In this document: piece by piece, positions 1 through 11,534 of the stretch
Numbering within the stretch: the stretch's first letter is position 1
Layout of the letters: every line of letters starts with the position of its first letter
Assembly (NCBI RefSeq): GCF_001194135.2
Contig: NC_068996.1
Location: 5,988,226 to 6,052,225 of the forward strand
Direction of reading: 5' to 3'
Length of the DNA: 64,000 bases
Source: Octopus bimaculoides
Taxonomy: Eukaryota
Translations under genes and position numbers: made by a program
Notes under the pieces: generated by a model
What the model was told of the DNA's origin: nothing
The model's database searches: none
The model's input: the letters and a program-made list of their open reading frames with translations, nothing else

Positions 1-120
1 ATCCCAAGTTTCTTCATTGACCACCAGATAAGGGATCGGGGGACCCTGTCAAAGGCTTTCTCCATGTCAACGAAAGCCAGGTACAGAGGTTTATCCTTAG
101 CTAGGTATTTCTCCTGCAGC

Positions 121-121
<1 letters not shown>
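1..121 (-). mobile_element. RTE-type LINE reverse transcriptase fragment
   Basis: Minus-strand translation QLQEKYLAKDKPLYLAFVDMEKAFDRVPRSLIWWSMKKLG matches the non-LTR RT LAFVDxEKAFDRV motif. It is cut on the right by a (TAA)n tract. Confidence 0.85.
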
Positions 122-198
<77 letters not shown>

Positions 199-211
199 TA
201 ATAAAAATAAC

Positions 212-294
<83 letters not shown>

Positions 295-301
295 TAATAA
301 T
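120..301. repeat. (TAA)n microsatellite
   Basis: Direct reading. It explains the poly-L and poly-Y pseudo-ORFs 97..294 and 120..335. Confidence 0.98.
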
Positions 302-1450
302 ATTTAAGGCAGTGAGCTGGTAGAATAGTTAGCATGGAACATACAAGTAAGACTTGATTTTCAACCTAAGAAGGTAGTAATACTGAATAAGAATTAACTA
401 GAACCATAACAGTCCATCTATTCTATGCCACTATGGAGGGAGAGAGAGAGAGAGGCCATTATTTTAATAATGTTCTCATTCTCACTCCATATTTATGCAT
501 GCATGGGAGGATGGGTGTATGGATGGATGGATGAATGGGTGGATGGGTGGATGGATGGATGGATGGATTAGTGGATGGAGAGACATACAAGTGCTTACTT
601 CTATCATCTTCGACCAACCTAAGCCTTGTGAGTGAGTTTAGTAGATGGAAACTGAAAGAAGCCTGGCACTGTCATCTATACGTGCACATGTGTGAGTTTA
701 ATGCCTGCTTAACATCGCACAATTGTTGTAAACGAGTGCCACCATCATACAAGTGATGTTCTTCATTTCCAAACTTCCATGAAAACATATCTGGCCTTGA
801 AGAAATATTTACCTTATCTAAGAACAGGTAAGTGTTAAGGGGCCAGAAAGGCACCTGGCTGCAGAAATTCTACCTTAGCAAATTTCATCCAACTCAAGTG
901 AGCATGAAAAAGTGGGCATTTAAAACGACGATGATGGTGGTGGCGGTGGCGGCAGCGAAGGCAGAGGCAGCAGTGGTGGTGGTGGTGGTAGCAGCGGTTC
1001 TCATTCATGTACTGGTGGTGATGATGGTGATATATAAAACGAAATGCACTTATTATACACACATTTTTTTTTTTTTTTGCCTATGTCTATTTGCTGTGTT
1101 TGATGGCGATCTCGTTACTAAAGCCGTTCATGACAACAGTATTGATTGCTCACAGCTCTTCTCTGGAACATTAGAGCAGGTCGCATTTCCTTTAGTTTTC
1201 ATGGCAACAATACCAGAGTTAGTAGTCCTATTGGCCATTGACTTTACTTGTATTTCAAGAGCAATGTTGAAGTTTCCGGTGCTGCTGGTAATGGATATGC
1301 CACTGTTGTTGCTTATTGCTGCTGGCTGCTGCCATTGCTGGAAATATTGATATTGTTGTTGTTGTTGCTGCTGGCCTTTCTTCCATTCTCTCAGTGAACA
1401 GAACTTTCTTCAGTACTTCATTCTCCTCATCCTTTATAATAACAATAGTC

Positions 1451-1663
1451 CTTTCTACTAAAGACACAAGGCCTGAAATTTTGGGTGAGGGGACTAGTCG
1501 ATTACATTGACCCCTGTGTGCAACTGGTACTTATTTTATTGACCCTAAAAGGATGAAAAGCAAAGTCAACCTTGGTGGAATTTGAACTCAGAACATAGAG
1601 ACAGACGAAATGCCACTAAGCATTTTCCCTGGCACACTAATGATTCTGCCAGCTCGCTGGCTT
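1451..1663 (-). mobile_element. tRNA-derived SINE, family A (GGCxGCGAGCTGGCAGAA head)
   Basis: Reverse complement of the family seen at 7651-7863, 15377-15605 and 52030-52175 (TTCTGAGTTCAAATTCC B-box-like segment, GTCGACTTTGCCTTTCATCC body). Confidence 0.8.
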
Positions 1664-2408
1664 AATAATAATCATGATGGTGATAATGATGATGATGATG
1701 ATAACAAGAGCACTCAGAGAGCACAAACTTCCCCCAAGGCAACACGAACGTCCTCTCAACGATTAGCCAGAGATGATTTTTAATATGAAATATCTGAAAT
1801 AAACTTGACTGCTCTCACAAACGAGAATACTAAAAAAGAACCCAACTGCTCTCAAAAATTAAGTAAAAAAAAAACGGAAAAATAATCCAGAATCCTTGTC
1901 TGGTACCAGATCGATGTCAAAGTCTAATCAGTTTGTGCCAGTCATGAGGCCAAACACCCCTGAAAGTTTCATCCAAATCCATCCAGTGGTTCTTGAGATA
2001 TCTTGTCCATGGACAAACAAACACAACTGAAATTATTGTATACAGTGCTCAGGTACACTACACCTGATGCCTGTTGGCGAATCTCAGGAAGCATGGAAGT
2101 TTTATAGGATGTAGTGTCTTAACAGCTAACAACTGATGTTGGTAGTTTATTCCATGCTTCAGTAATTCTAATCCTGAAAAAANNNNNNNNNNNNNNNNNN
2201 NNNNNNNNNNNNNNNNNNNNNNNNNNNNNNNNNNNNNNNNNNNNNNNNNNNNNNNNNNNNNNNNNNNNNNNNNNNNNNNNNNNNNNNNNNNNNNNNNNNN
2301 NNNNNNNNNNNNNNNNNNNNNNNNNNNNNNNNNNNNNNNNNNNNNNNNNNNNNNNNNNNNNNNNNNNNNNCTATTCAATTACAATTATAAGTAACAAACT
2401 ATTCAATT

Positions 2409-3060
2409 ACATCATCATCATTATCGTTTAACGTCCGCTTTCCATGCTAGCATGGGTTGGACGATTTGACTGGGGACTGGCAAACCAGATGGCTACACCA
2501 GGCTCCAATCTGATCTGGCAGTGTTTCTACAGCCCTTCCTAACGCCAACCACTCCGAGAGTGTAATGGGTGCTTTTATGTGCCACCGGCACGAGGGCCAG
2601 TCACATAGTACTGGCAACGGCCACACTCAAAATGGTGTTTTTTACATGCCACCTGCACAGGAGCCAGTCCAGTGGCACTGGCAACGACCTCACTGGAATG
2701 TTTTTTAACGTGCCAGTAAGGCAGTGCTGGTACCGATCAAGCTCAAATGGTGCTATTTACGTGCCACTGGCATAGAAGCCAGACAGCTGCTCTGGCAATA
2801 ATCATGCTTGGATGGTGCTGTTAGCGCTCCACTGGCACGGGTGCCAGTCATCAAATTTAGTTCAATCACAATTTCGATTTCACTTGCCCCAACAGGTCTT
2901 TGCAAGCCGAGTTTAGTGTCCAATGAAGGAGAGGTTGGCATGGGTGCTAGTTGTCGAATTTGGATCAATTTCATTTGCCTCAACAGGTCTTCGCAGAGTT
3001 TAGTGTCCAATGAAGGAAAGGTACGCATAAGTGGGCTGGACAGGATGCTGTTCCATCGCA
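2409..3060 (-). mobile_element. RTE 3'-end-derived repeat, family C, with (CAT)n tail
   Basis: CATCATC..GTTTAACGTCCGCTTTCCATGCTAGCATGGGTTGGACG..GGATGCCCTTCCTAACGCCAACC. Other copies at ~3225-3420, 3841-3990 (opposite orientation), 4300-4520, 15875-16100, 24955-25085, 47140-47215 and 62370-62665. Confidence 0.7.
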
Positions 3061-6017
3061 GGATTACCGATTTTTGTCAGCTGAATGAACTGGAACAACG
3101 TGATACGAAGTGTTTCCCTCAAGAACACAATACATTAGCCAGACATCAAAACCACCATCTTATGATCATGCGTGTGACAATCTAACCACTAAGCCATGTG
3201 CTTCCACACACACACACATCATCGTCATCATCATCATCATTTAATGCTTGCTCTCCATGCTGGCATGTGTTGGATGGTTTGACATGGAGCTGGCTAGCAG
3301 GGAGCTGTTCAGACTCTGATTGTCTGTTATGGTATGGTTTCTACAGCGGGATGCCGTTCCTAATGCCAACCACTTAGCAGAGTGTGGTGGGCACTTTTTA
3401 CTTGCCACCAGCGCACACACATAAATTATTTATATATATATATATATNNNNNNNNNNNNNNNNNNNNNNNNNNNNNNNNNNNNNNNNNNNNNNNNNNNNN
3501 NNNNNNNNNNNNNNNNNNNNNNNNNNNNNNNNNNNNNNNNNNNNNNNNNNNNNNNNNNNNNNNNNNNNNNNNNNNNNNNNNNNNNNNNNNNNNNNNNNNN
3601 NNNNNNNNNNNNNNNNNNNNNNNNNNNNNNNNNNNNNNNNNNNNNNNNNNNNNNNNNNNNNNNNNNNNNNNNNNNNNNNNNNNNNNNNNNNNNNNNNNNN
3701 NNNNNNNNNNNNNNNNNNNNNNNNNNNNNNNNNNNNNNNNNNNNNNNNNNNNNNNNNNNNNNNNNNNNNNNNNNNNNNNNNNNNNNNNNNNNNNNNNNNN
3801 NNNNNNNNNNNNNNNNNNNNNNNNNNNTATATATATATAGGCATTAGGAAGGGCATCCAGCTGTAGAAACTCTGCCAAATTAGATTGGAGCCTGGTGTTG
3901 CCATCCGGTTTCACCAGTCCTCAGTCAAATCGTCCAACCCATGCTAGCATGGAAAGCGGACGTTAAACGATGATGATGATGATGATGATATATATATACA
4001 CACATACACACACACAAACACATATGGAGCAACACCATGCGATTTAAAATATCAAAGTCATTAAATTGAGAGTAGGGTACACAACCTAAATGTAAACTCT
4101 TTCCAGTTGTCTCTCAAAAGAAAAGAAAGATTAAATGAAAACTGGATTTTGTTATTTGCATTCTTTTACATACAAACGCACATTCAAATATACATCATGC
4201 ATTCATGATTGTGAGATTGTAGTTTCAATTCCCAGAGAAGCTGTGTGTTGTGTTCTTGAGCAAAACACTCCACCTCATGGTGCTCCACTTGATTCGGCTG
4301 CAATTACAGTTGGATGCCCTTCCTAACGCCAACCACTCAGAGAGTGTAGTGTGTGCTTTTACGTGCCACCGGCACGAAGGCCAGTCAAGCGGTACTGGCA
4401 ATGGCCAACGCTCAAAATGGTATATTTTATGTGCCACCCGCACAAGAGCCAGTCCAGGGGCACTGGCAACAATCTCGCTCGAAAATCGTTACACATGCCA
4501 TGGGTACAAGTGCCAGAAAGGCAATAAAATCCATAAAAATACACAAATAAATATTTTCCCCCCTAATAAAATCTAATTTCCTCTTTCTACTACAAATCCT
4601 TTCAACTCCTACTTTCTCTTATGAACCTTTACGAACAATCCAACAACAATTACAAAAAGAAAGCAAGGAGAAACACTGACAGTAAAAGAAAACTATTTCA
4701 GTATCAAAACTGAAACAATCACATTTCGATAGTGTAATGACAGATAGTTTCACTCTAATGGTTTCATTTTAATACTACATACATATATACCTCATTCTAA
4801 TTGGCGGGAATCCACACATCTTTTTCAAATATGATCGACAAACATTTATTCCCTACAAACTGTGAGTATTTTGGAAAATCTTTTCATAAATCTTTTGATT
4901 AACACCCGCACGATTACCTACCTAACCCTAAAACCCCAACTCTAACACTGTAGTGAAAATCGTGCGGGTGTTAATCTGAAAATTTAACAATCTTTTTTAA
5001 AACACTTTTACTTACTAACNNNNNNNNNNNNNNNNNNNNNNNNNNNNNNNNNNNNNNNNNNNNNNNNNNNNNNNNNNNNNNNNNNNNNNNNNNNNNNNNN
5101 NNNNNNNNNNNNNNNNNNNNNNNNNNNNNNNNNNNNNNNNNNNNNNNNNNNNNNNNNNNNNNNNNNNNNNNNNNNNNNNNNNNNNNNNNNNNNNNNNNNN
5201 NNNNNNNNNNNNNNNNNNNNNNNNNNNNNNNNNNNNNNNNNNNNNNNNNNNNNNGCAGGTGGAGAATAGTAGATTATATTGACTCCTGTGTTCAACTGGT
5301 ACTTATTTTTTAGACCCCGAAAAGATGAAAGGCAAAGTCGACTTCGGCAGAATTTGAACTCAGAACGTACAGATGGACACAAACCTCCCATCGCTACACT
5401 GATTCTGCAGAACAGGGTTGAGTGTGAAAACCAACTTTAAAGTGTAAATATAGATGTTTTTGAATACACACTCATACATACATACGTACAAATACACACA
5501 TACATACAAATAAACACATACATACAAATACCTGTCAGTCTCTTCCAAATACGATCGACAGTCAAACATTTATTCCCTACAAACTGAATTTTTTTTTGCA
5601 TTTTTTAATAAAGCGGAGCTGTCTGGTTGCTATTTTGATTTTTAAACAGCAGAACACAGTGTCTTTCAACGTGTTGCTAGCTTGGCTGGAGCTTATCATA
5701 TATCGTATGTGTATTTGGTGTGCAAGATTCTTGATGTGAAAACGTGTTGAAAGAAATACTATTTGAACTCAAAACGAAAGAGCTTATCTACAAAAATAGT
5801 TTGGGAAAAACCCTACTTACAAAAACTGATCAGGAAAATTGGGATTTCCTGTATTTTTGTAATATATTTATATAGATATGTATGTATGCATGTGTATGTA
5901 TGTAAATGTACATGTGTGTGTGTATGTATATATATATATATATATNNNNNNNNNNAAGTGCAACAAGGTGAAAAAAAGAGTACTCAAATACCAGAGGTAG
6001 AGTAATATGCTTTATGT

Positions 6018-6131
6018 AAAAGCAGCAGAAATATAACAAAAGGCTGTTACTCTGAGTTTCAACAAAACTGTCCGATGAACGGGAACGTGAAACTCAGAGT
6101 AACAGTCTTTTGTTATATTTCTGCTGCTTTT
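6018..6131. repeat. 44-bp inverted repeat (1 mismatch) flanking and overlapping a hammerhead motif
   Basis: 6018-6061 AAAAGCAGCAGAAATATAACAAAAGGCTGTTACTCTGAGTTTCA is the reverse complement of 6088-6131. Confidence 0.95.
6067..6106 (+). ncRNA. Type I hammerhead ribozyme motif (CCGAUGA core variant, GUA cleavage triplet)
   Basis: ACTGT|CCGATGA|ACG GGAA CGT|GAA|ACTC A GAGT|A|ACAGT: stems I, II and III all pair. Predicted cleavage is after 6101. Confidence 0.75.
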
Positions 6132-6139
6132 AAATAAAG

Positions 6140-6187
<48 letters not shown>

Positions 6188-7650
6188 CATACATACAAGC
6201 GTACATACATGTCTGTATCTATATGGAGATATGTAAATCATCATCATCATCACTTTAGCATCCACTTTTCCCTACTTGCATGAGTTGGACAGAACCGCTG
6301 TTGGTGTGTTTACATCCCCGTAGCCTAGCGGTTTGGCACTAGACTTACAAAGAATAAGTCCTGGGGTTGATTTGTTCAACTAAAGGCAGTGTTCCAGCAT
6401 GGCCGCAGTCAAATGACTGAAACCATTAAAAGAATAAAAGTACAGTGCTAGTTATGGCTGACTTGAAAATGTGTGCGGTGTTTATTGACCTCTCCCTTGA
6501 CAATGTTTAATATGATATTGACGAAAGCACCACACACATACATACATATATATATATACATACAAAGAGAAAACGGAAAAAATATGAGACATATAGTAAA
6601 GGTAAATGGGGGAAATACCAGAAATTTCTCTTTATCTATGAAAAGAGAAACATATTATTTGAACTCAAAACGAAAGAGCTTATCTACAAAAATAGTTTGG
6701 GAAAAACCCTACTTACAAAAACTGATCAGGAAAATTGGGATTTCCTGTATTTTTGTAATCATTCTTATTGTTTCGTTTTTGCATTATAATATGTACATAT
6801 TGAAATAGGAAAATTTACTCATTAAAATAAAAGTTATTAATTAGTTAATTAGAATTATTTAAAAAATGTTTAAAAATATATTTGTGTTCAGAAGCTGCTT
6901 TTAATCATTAGCTAATTTCTAAGTTTGAACAAAATCTTTATTTAAAAACTATTTATAATTGCAGCGTAGAATGTGTTTTGCCTGTCAAATCATAAAAATC
7001 CGGTGTTTATAAGCCATTTAAAATAACACACAAAGACCGTTAGATTCACTTCAACATTTAAATTTTGTTTGTCAAAATATTTTCGTCACTTTGAGACCGC
7101 GACCTGTTCACTGACAAAATTCCGTGTTATCATATTTTTTTCCAATTCTAAAGGAAAATATAATTACTTATAATAAAAAGAATTACATGGGAAAAAAAAT
7201 TAAACTAGAATGACAAATTTAGACACAGAATCCTAGAATATTCTTGAGTTTTTTGAACCTAGAAAAGTAATGACAGAATGAAGAATGCAGGTACAGAGTG
7301 CTGGAATATTAAAAGTAGTCCCCACCTTACTGTTTCTGTATATTAATTGCAATGCCTGAACATCTTTTCATAACTAAAACAGCACAATAAACCATGTTCA
7401 AATGTTTGTTCAATGTTGTGAAGTTATTACAAGAATTTTTCTGTTACCTATTCGACAACATAATCCAGCAACATTGGCACCCCTCCTCTCCTAATAATCA
7501 CTAATGACTTTCAATGCTGGATCAACAGATTCATTGGAAAGTTAAGATGGTAACTTGGATTTTATATGGGAACAACAAATATCCAAGCACCTAGCAAAAT
7601 CTTGCCATAATTGGTGAACTAAGTTACATTCGGAAATATCCAACTATCTA

Positions 7651-7863
7651 AAGGTAGCGAGCTGGCAGAATCATTAGCATGCCGAGCGAAATGCTTATCG
7701 GTATTTCATCTGCCTATGTTCTTGAGTTCAAATTCCGCCGAGGTCGACTTTACCTTTCATCTTTTCGGGGTCGATAAATTAAGTACCAGCTGCATACCGG
7801 GGTCGATCTAATCGACTGGACCCCCTCCCCAAAATTTCAGGTCTTGTGCCTAGAGTAGAAAAG
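7651..7863 (+). mobile_element. SINE family A, full length, with TSD
   Basis: Flanked by AATATCCAACTATCTA (7635-7650) and AATATCCAACCATCTA (7864-7879), a 16-bp TSD with 1 mismatch. Confidence 0.9.
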
Positions 7864-8780
7864 AATATCCAACCATCTAACCTAAGTTACATTTGCTGAA
7901 CCCAAACATAAAAGAATGGAAGAAATAGCAGAAGACTTCAGAAAAACCTCGCTATAATTAGCGACTTTGACAAATTCAATAACAGCCAGTGCCTTTTGAT
8001 CTTCACTTGCCTCATTTCTATTTTTGACATCCAGCCCAGTTTTATAAATCGACCAATATGAAGATGAAGGTTCTTGCAGTTCAGGTGTAGTTCCCAAAAA
8101 TGATTTTTCACTCGTGCAAAAGTCCTTAATCTTATATTTTAAGTCACCTTTCCAGCACCTAGAAAGCTCTGTTGTCTGAAATTACAGCCAGTTAAATCTG
8201 TGACTGGGTTTCAATTTGCCACACAAAAGTTGGTGTCATCATCTATGACACCAACTCCAGACAGCGTTTATTAAACAACAGAGAAATAGCAGCCAAGACA
8301 TGCAACAGGAACTCAATGTCTGTCATTGTAACCTGCTGAATTCAACAAATTGCTGCCCAACCAACTTTGAACGTTTTATGCCAGTTGGAAAATATTACAG
8401 ACTCACTGTCTCTGTCAGTAGACAACATATTGCTCAACTACCACTTTGGTACTTCCAAACATCGGTTTTAGCAGCACTGCCACTTGACCATAACCACGGA
8501 CAATCCTGCTAACTCTTGAGAAATTCAGTTTTACCTCTGCCAGTTTAGAACGTCCAGTCGCAATCATTTACTGAACTTTACATGAGCAAGGCCTTTCGTC
8601 AATAAAGGTGCCCATTAGGTTCGAAACGTGCGAACCAGTGTGATGGACTCCACTCTCATCATTTCTAAGTATCTTGAGTTAAGTTTCGAATTGCATGTTC
8701 TCCCAAGCTGTTTTTACAGGATATCGATTGAGGGAGACATGACACGGCACTACATATATTTGCTTAATATGTTAAAACCA

Positions 8781-9067
8781 GAGGGTTAATGCAGTTTCGC
8801 CCCTCTCCTTGAAAAACGCATTTTTAAACAAAAGTTCGCTTTTTTTCAGATTCCTACGTTTTAGATGTCGGAGATTATGAATAGGCAACCCCCCCCCTCA
8901 TCCCCGTTTAAAATCCTGAACTTTTTCGAAAAATTTTTTTTTTCCTGTTTTAGATGACAGAGATTCCGGATGTTTTGAACCATGTTTTGAAACTTTTAAA
9001 TTCAATAAGCAATTTAAAAAAAAAAAATGTATTTTTCAAGGAGAGGCGCGAAACTGCATTAGCCCCC
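8781..9067. mobile_element. MITE with ~43-bp imperfect TIRs
   Basis: GAGGGTTAATGCAGTTTCGCCCCTCTCCTTGAAAAA at the left end and TTTTTCAAGGAGAGGCGCGAAACTGCATTAGCCCCC at the right end. Both ends are flanked by AAACCA (8775-8780, 9068-9073). Confidence 0.8.
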
Positions 9068-10616
9068 AAACCAGCCCAAATGTTACACTTTAAACAAACA
9101 TTTTCTTTGCAGGTCATACACTATCTCCACCCAAATGTTTCTTTATATTAATTGCCATTTCTGAACATCTTTTCATACTAATACCGCACAATAAATCATG
9201 CTCTGTGTTGCGCAATTATTACACGAAGTTTTCTGTTATCTATTCAACAACATTGACACGCAAACAGCCCTAGTAATCATCAACACAAAGCATGACTGGT
9301 CACGATCATGGCCCAGATAGAAGCATTTAATTTAACGACGTTTGTTGCTGACTAATGTCATTCAAGCACTCAGATACCTCCCAGAATGCAAGAGGGCTCA
9401 TAGTTCAATTCATGACTTTTCAGATGATGTAAAACTTGCCACCATTATATACTAAGATGACTTCCAGTGCGACAATCAACACGAGCAACAACAGATTAAT
9501 TGAAAAGTTAAGATGGTAACTCGGTTTTAATATGGGAACGACACGCAGCCGAAACAAATATCCAATTCCTCCATCAAAACTCGCCAAGATGCAACACGAA
9601 CAAGGTAATTTTAAAATATATCAGTAATATTCAGTTTTAAAAAAAATTCATTTTTGCGTTTATCTTTTGCAAAACGGTACAAAAACTATCAAGACATAGC
9701 CACGTAAACCATTGTCAAGGTAAACTACGAAATAAGTTACACGTAGACGAATATTCTTAGCGGTACCCTATATTTACAAGCACGATACTTTGCATACATA
9801 GACACACATATAGAGTACCGATAACACACATTTAGACAATACAAGGGTATTTATATGTAGGTGGGCGCGTGTGTACGTGTATATATAATAGGCAGGTAAA
9901 AGAATAGCAAAGATTTTTTTTAAATGATATAAAATCGTGATATGAAATAAATGAAAATTACACAAATATTTTTTTTACAAAACAAATATAAATGAAAAAC
10001 ACCAATAACTTTAATTGTTTTTTTTTTTTTTTAATAAAGCAAATAGAAGTGATTTCTCACAATTTGTTAAAAGTTTATTGTTAATGGAAATGTGTGTAAG
10101 TATAAACGAAGAGACTGCCAGATGGTCGTTCAACCTACTAGAAACAGCAGTCTTATCTTCAAATCTCCCCCCTATCCATTTAACAATAATAATTCTTTCT
10201 TATACAGTAACAAGGCCTGAAACCTGGGGATGGGGGAGAGGTTTATCAATTACATCGACCTAAGTATTTGACTGATACTTTATTTTATCGCCCCCGAAAA
10301 AAAGGGGGAATGAATAACAAAGCCGAAAACATTGAATAATGCATTCTTGGAGGCATTTAGGGTTGACGTATAGCAGCCTAAACACCTACAACAATTACAA
10401 TTAATTATGTGAAATTTGAAACCTGGCAGATAGAAGGGGAAATAATTTAAACAGTACAATTAACTTACTAAAGTCCGTTAGAACATCAGACTTTTAACAA
10501 ATACTAATATTTCTAACAAGAAATATTTATCGTCCATTGTTCTTCTCGGATACATAAATCTTTTGCTGCAGCTGATTCGAAGGTTTATTGCGTATGACCC
10601 TGTGAGTCTCCAGAGT

Positions 10617-10861
10617 CTAGGTTCTCATCCGGGGTCCATATAGGATTTTATTGTTAAAATTTGTGCTATAAACCGCTTATATTACCTATATGGCAAATAT
10701 TACTACACAAAATATTTAAACATTTTCTATAATACCTAATAATATATAATCGTAAAAATATAATAGAGGAGTTTTTAGACATCGAATGGCTATGAGGATC
10801 CACCCGAGTAAAATAGGAATCAAGGGGCCCCCATAAGCAAGAAAATGGTTAAGAACCACTA
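10617..10861. mobile_element. Degenerate hAT-type MITE
   Basis: Right end GGTTAAGAACCACTA is the reverse complement of a hAT-like (C/T)AGTGGTTCTTAACC TIR. Left end CTAGGTTCTCATCCGGGGTCC is degenerate. Confidence 0.45.
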
Positions 10862-11431
10862 CTTGAGAGATTAACACATGCTAAAAACGGTAGTCCAGTC
10901 CTCTTATATCATGCTGTCTTTAAACAATTATAATTATATACCTTACCTCACCAAAAAAAAAAAAAAAAAAAAAAAAATGGGAAGTACACATGGTCATGGA
11001 ACCTCCAGGCAGTCGTCGTTGGATTGTCTGATCATAGAAGTACTCTGATTAATAAGGCCTGACCGAGGGTTAAACGCCATGTGTAAGTGTATATATGTGT
11101 AGTATTTTTGTAAATTAAATGAAAATATTTAATCTCTGGCTAGTGACTGAGGATAGAGTCAGATCTACAATAAATAAACTACGTTTTTTCCCCTTTTTGT
11201 TTGTAAACTCCGCCGAACATGTTAGTGCATGCTTTTTTGTTGCATGTGCGTGCGAAATCTCTACGGTCCGCCGCCGCCTCCTCCTTCTCATGTGTAGCCA
11301 TTCCTCTGTTGCCTCCTCTTCTCTGTGTGTTACCGCCACCTCTTTTACGTCTGCTGCCATGCCGCCGCCGCTTCCCAGTCTATGGCCATGCCACCCCTCC
11401 CACAGCATTAATTCTTTTCTTCCATTAACGT

Positions 11432-11467
11432 TATAAAGCACTTCTTTCGTTCCGTCATTTTTCAGTT
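11432..11467 (+). promoter_or_regulatory. Candidate core promoter of Hv1: TATA box plus Initiator
   Basis: TATAAAG at 11432-11438 and TCAGTT at 11462-11467 (A at 11464, so TATA starts at -32). It lies at the 3' edge of a CpG-retaining GCC-rich patch (~11250-11400). Confidence 0.55.
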
Positions 11468-11501
11468 GGAGCTGTTGTTGTCGTAGAATCAGAGCGGCGA
11501 C

Positions 11502-11534
<33 letters not shown>

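Noticed and set aside
97-335. Poly-Leu and poly-Tyr ORFs
   Set aside because: These are translations of the (TAA)n microsatellite.
832-1350. 172-aa hydrophobic + strand ORF resembling a membrane protein
   Set aside because: It is built from (GGT)n, poly-T and the antisense of a Gln/Ser-rich stretch, with no domain motif or splice context.
3382-3914. Long ORFs full of X (also 2058, 5008, 39777, 45641-46760, 47750-48136)
   Set aside because: They are open only because they cross N gaps.
11115-11534. 139-aa minus-strand ORF with an Arg run at the CpG patch
   Set aside because: The Arg/Ala runs come from GCC/CCT repeats and the start lies in a (TA)/(CA) tract. The region is better explained as the Hv1 promoter, and no minus-strand donor was found.
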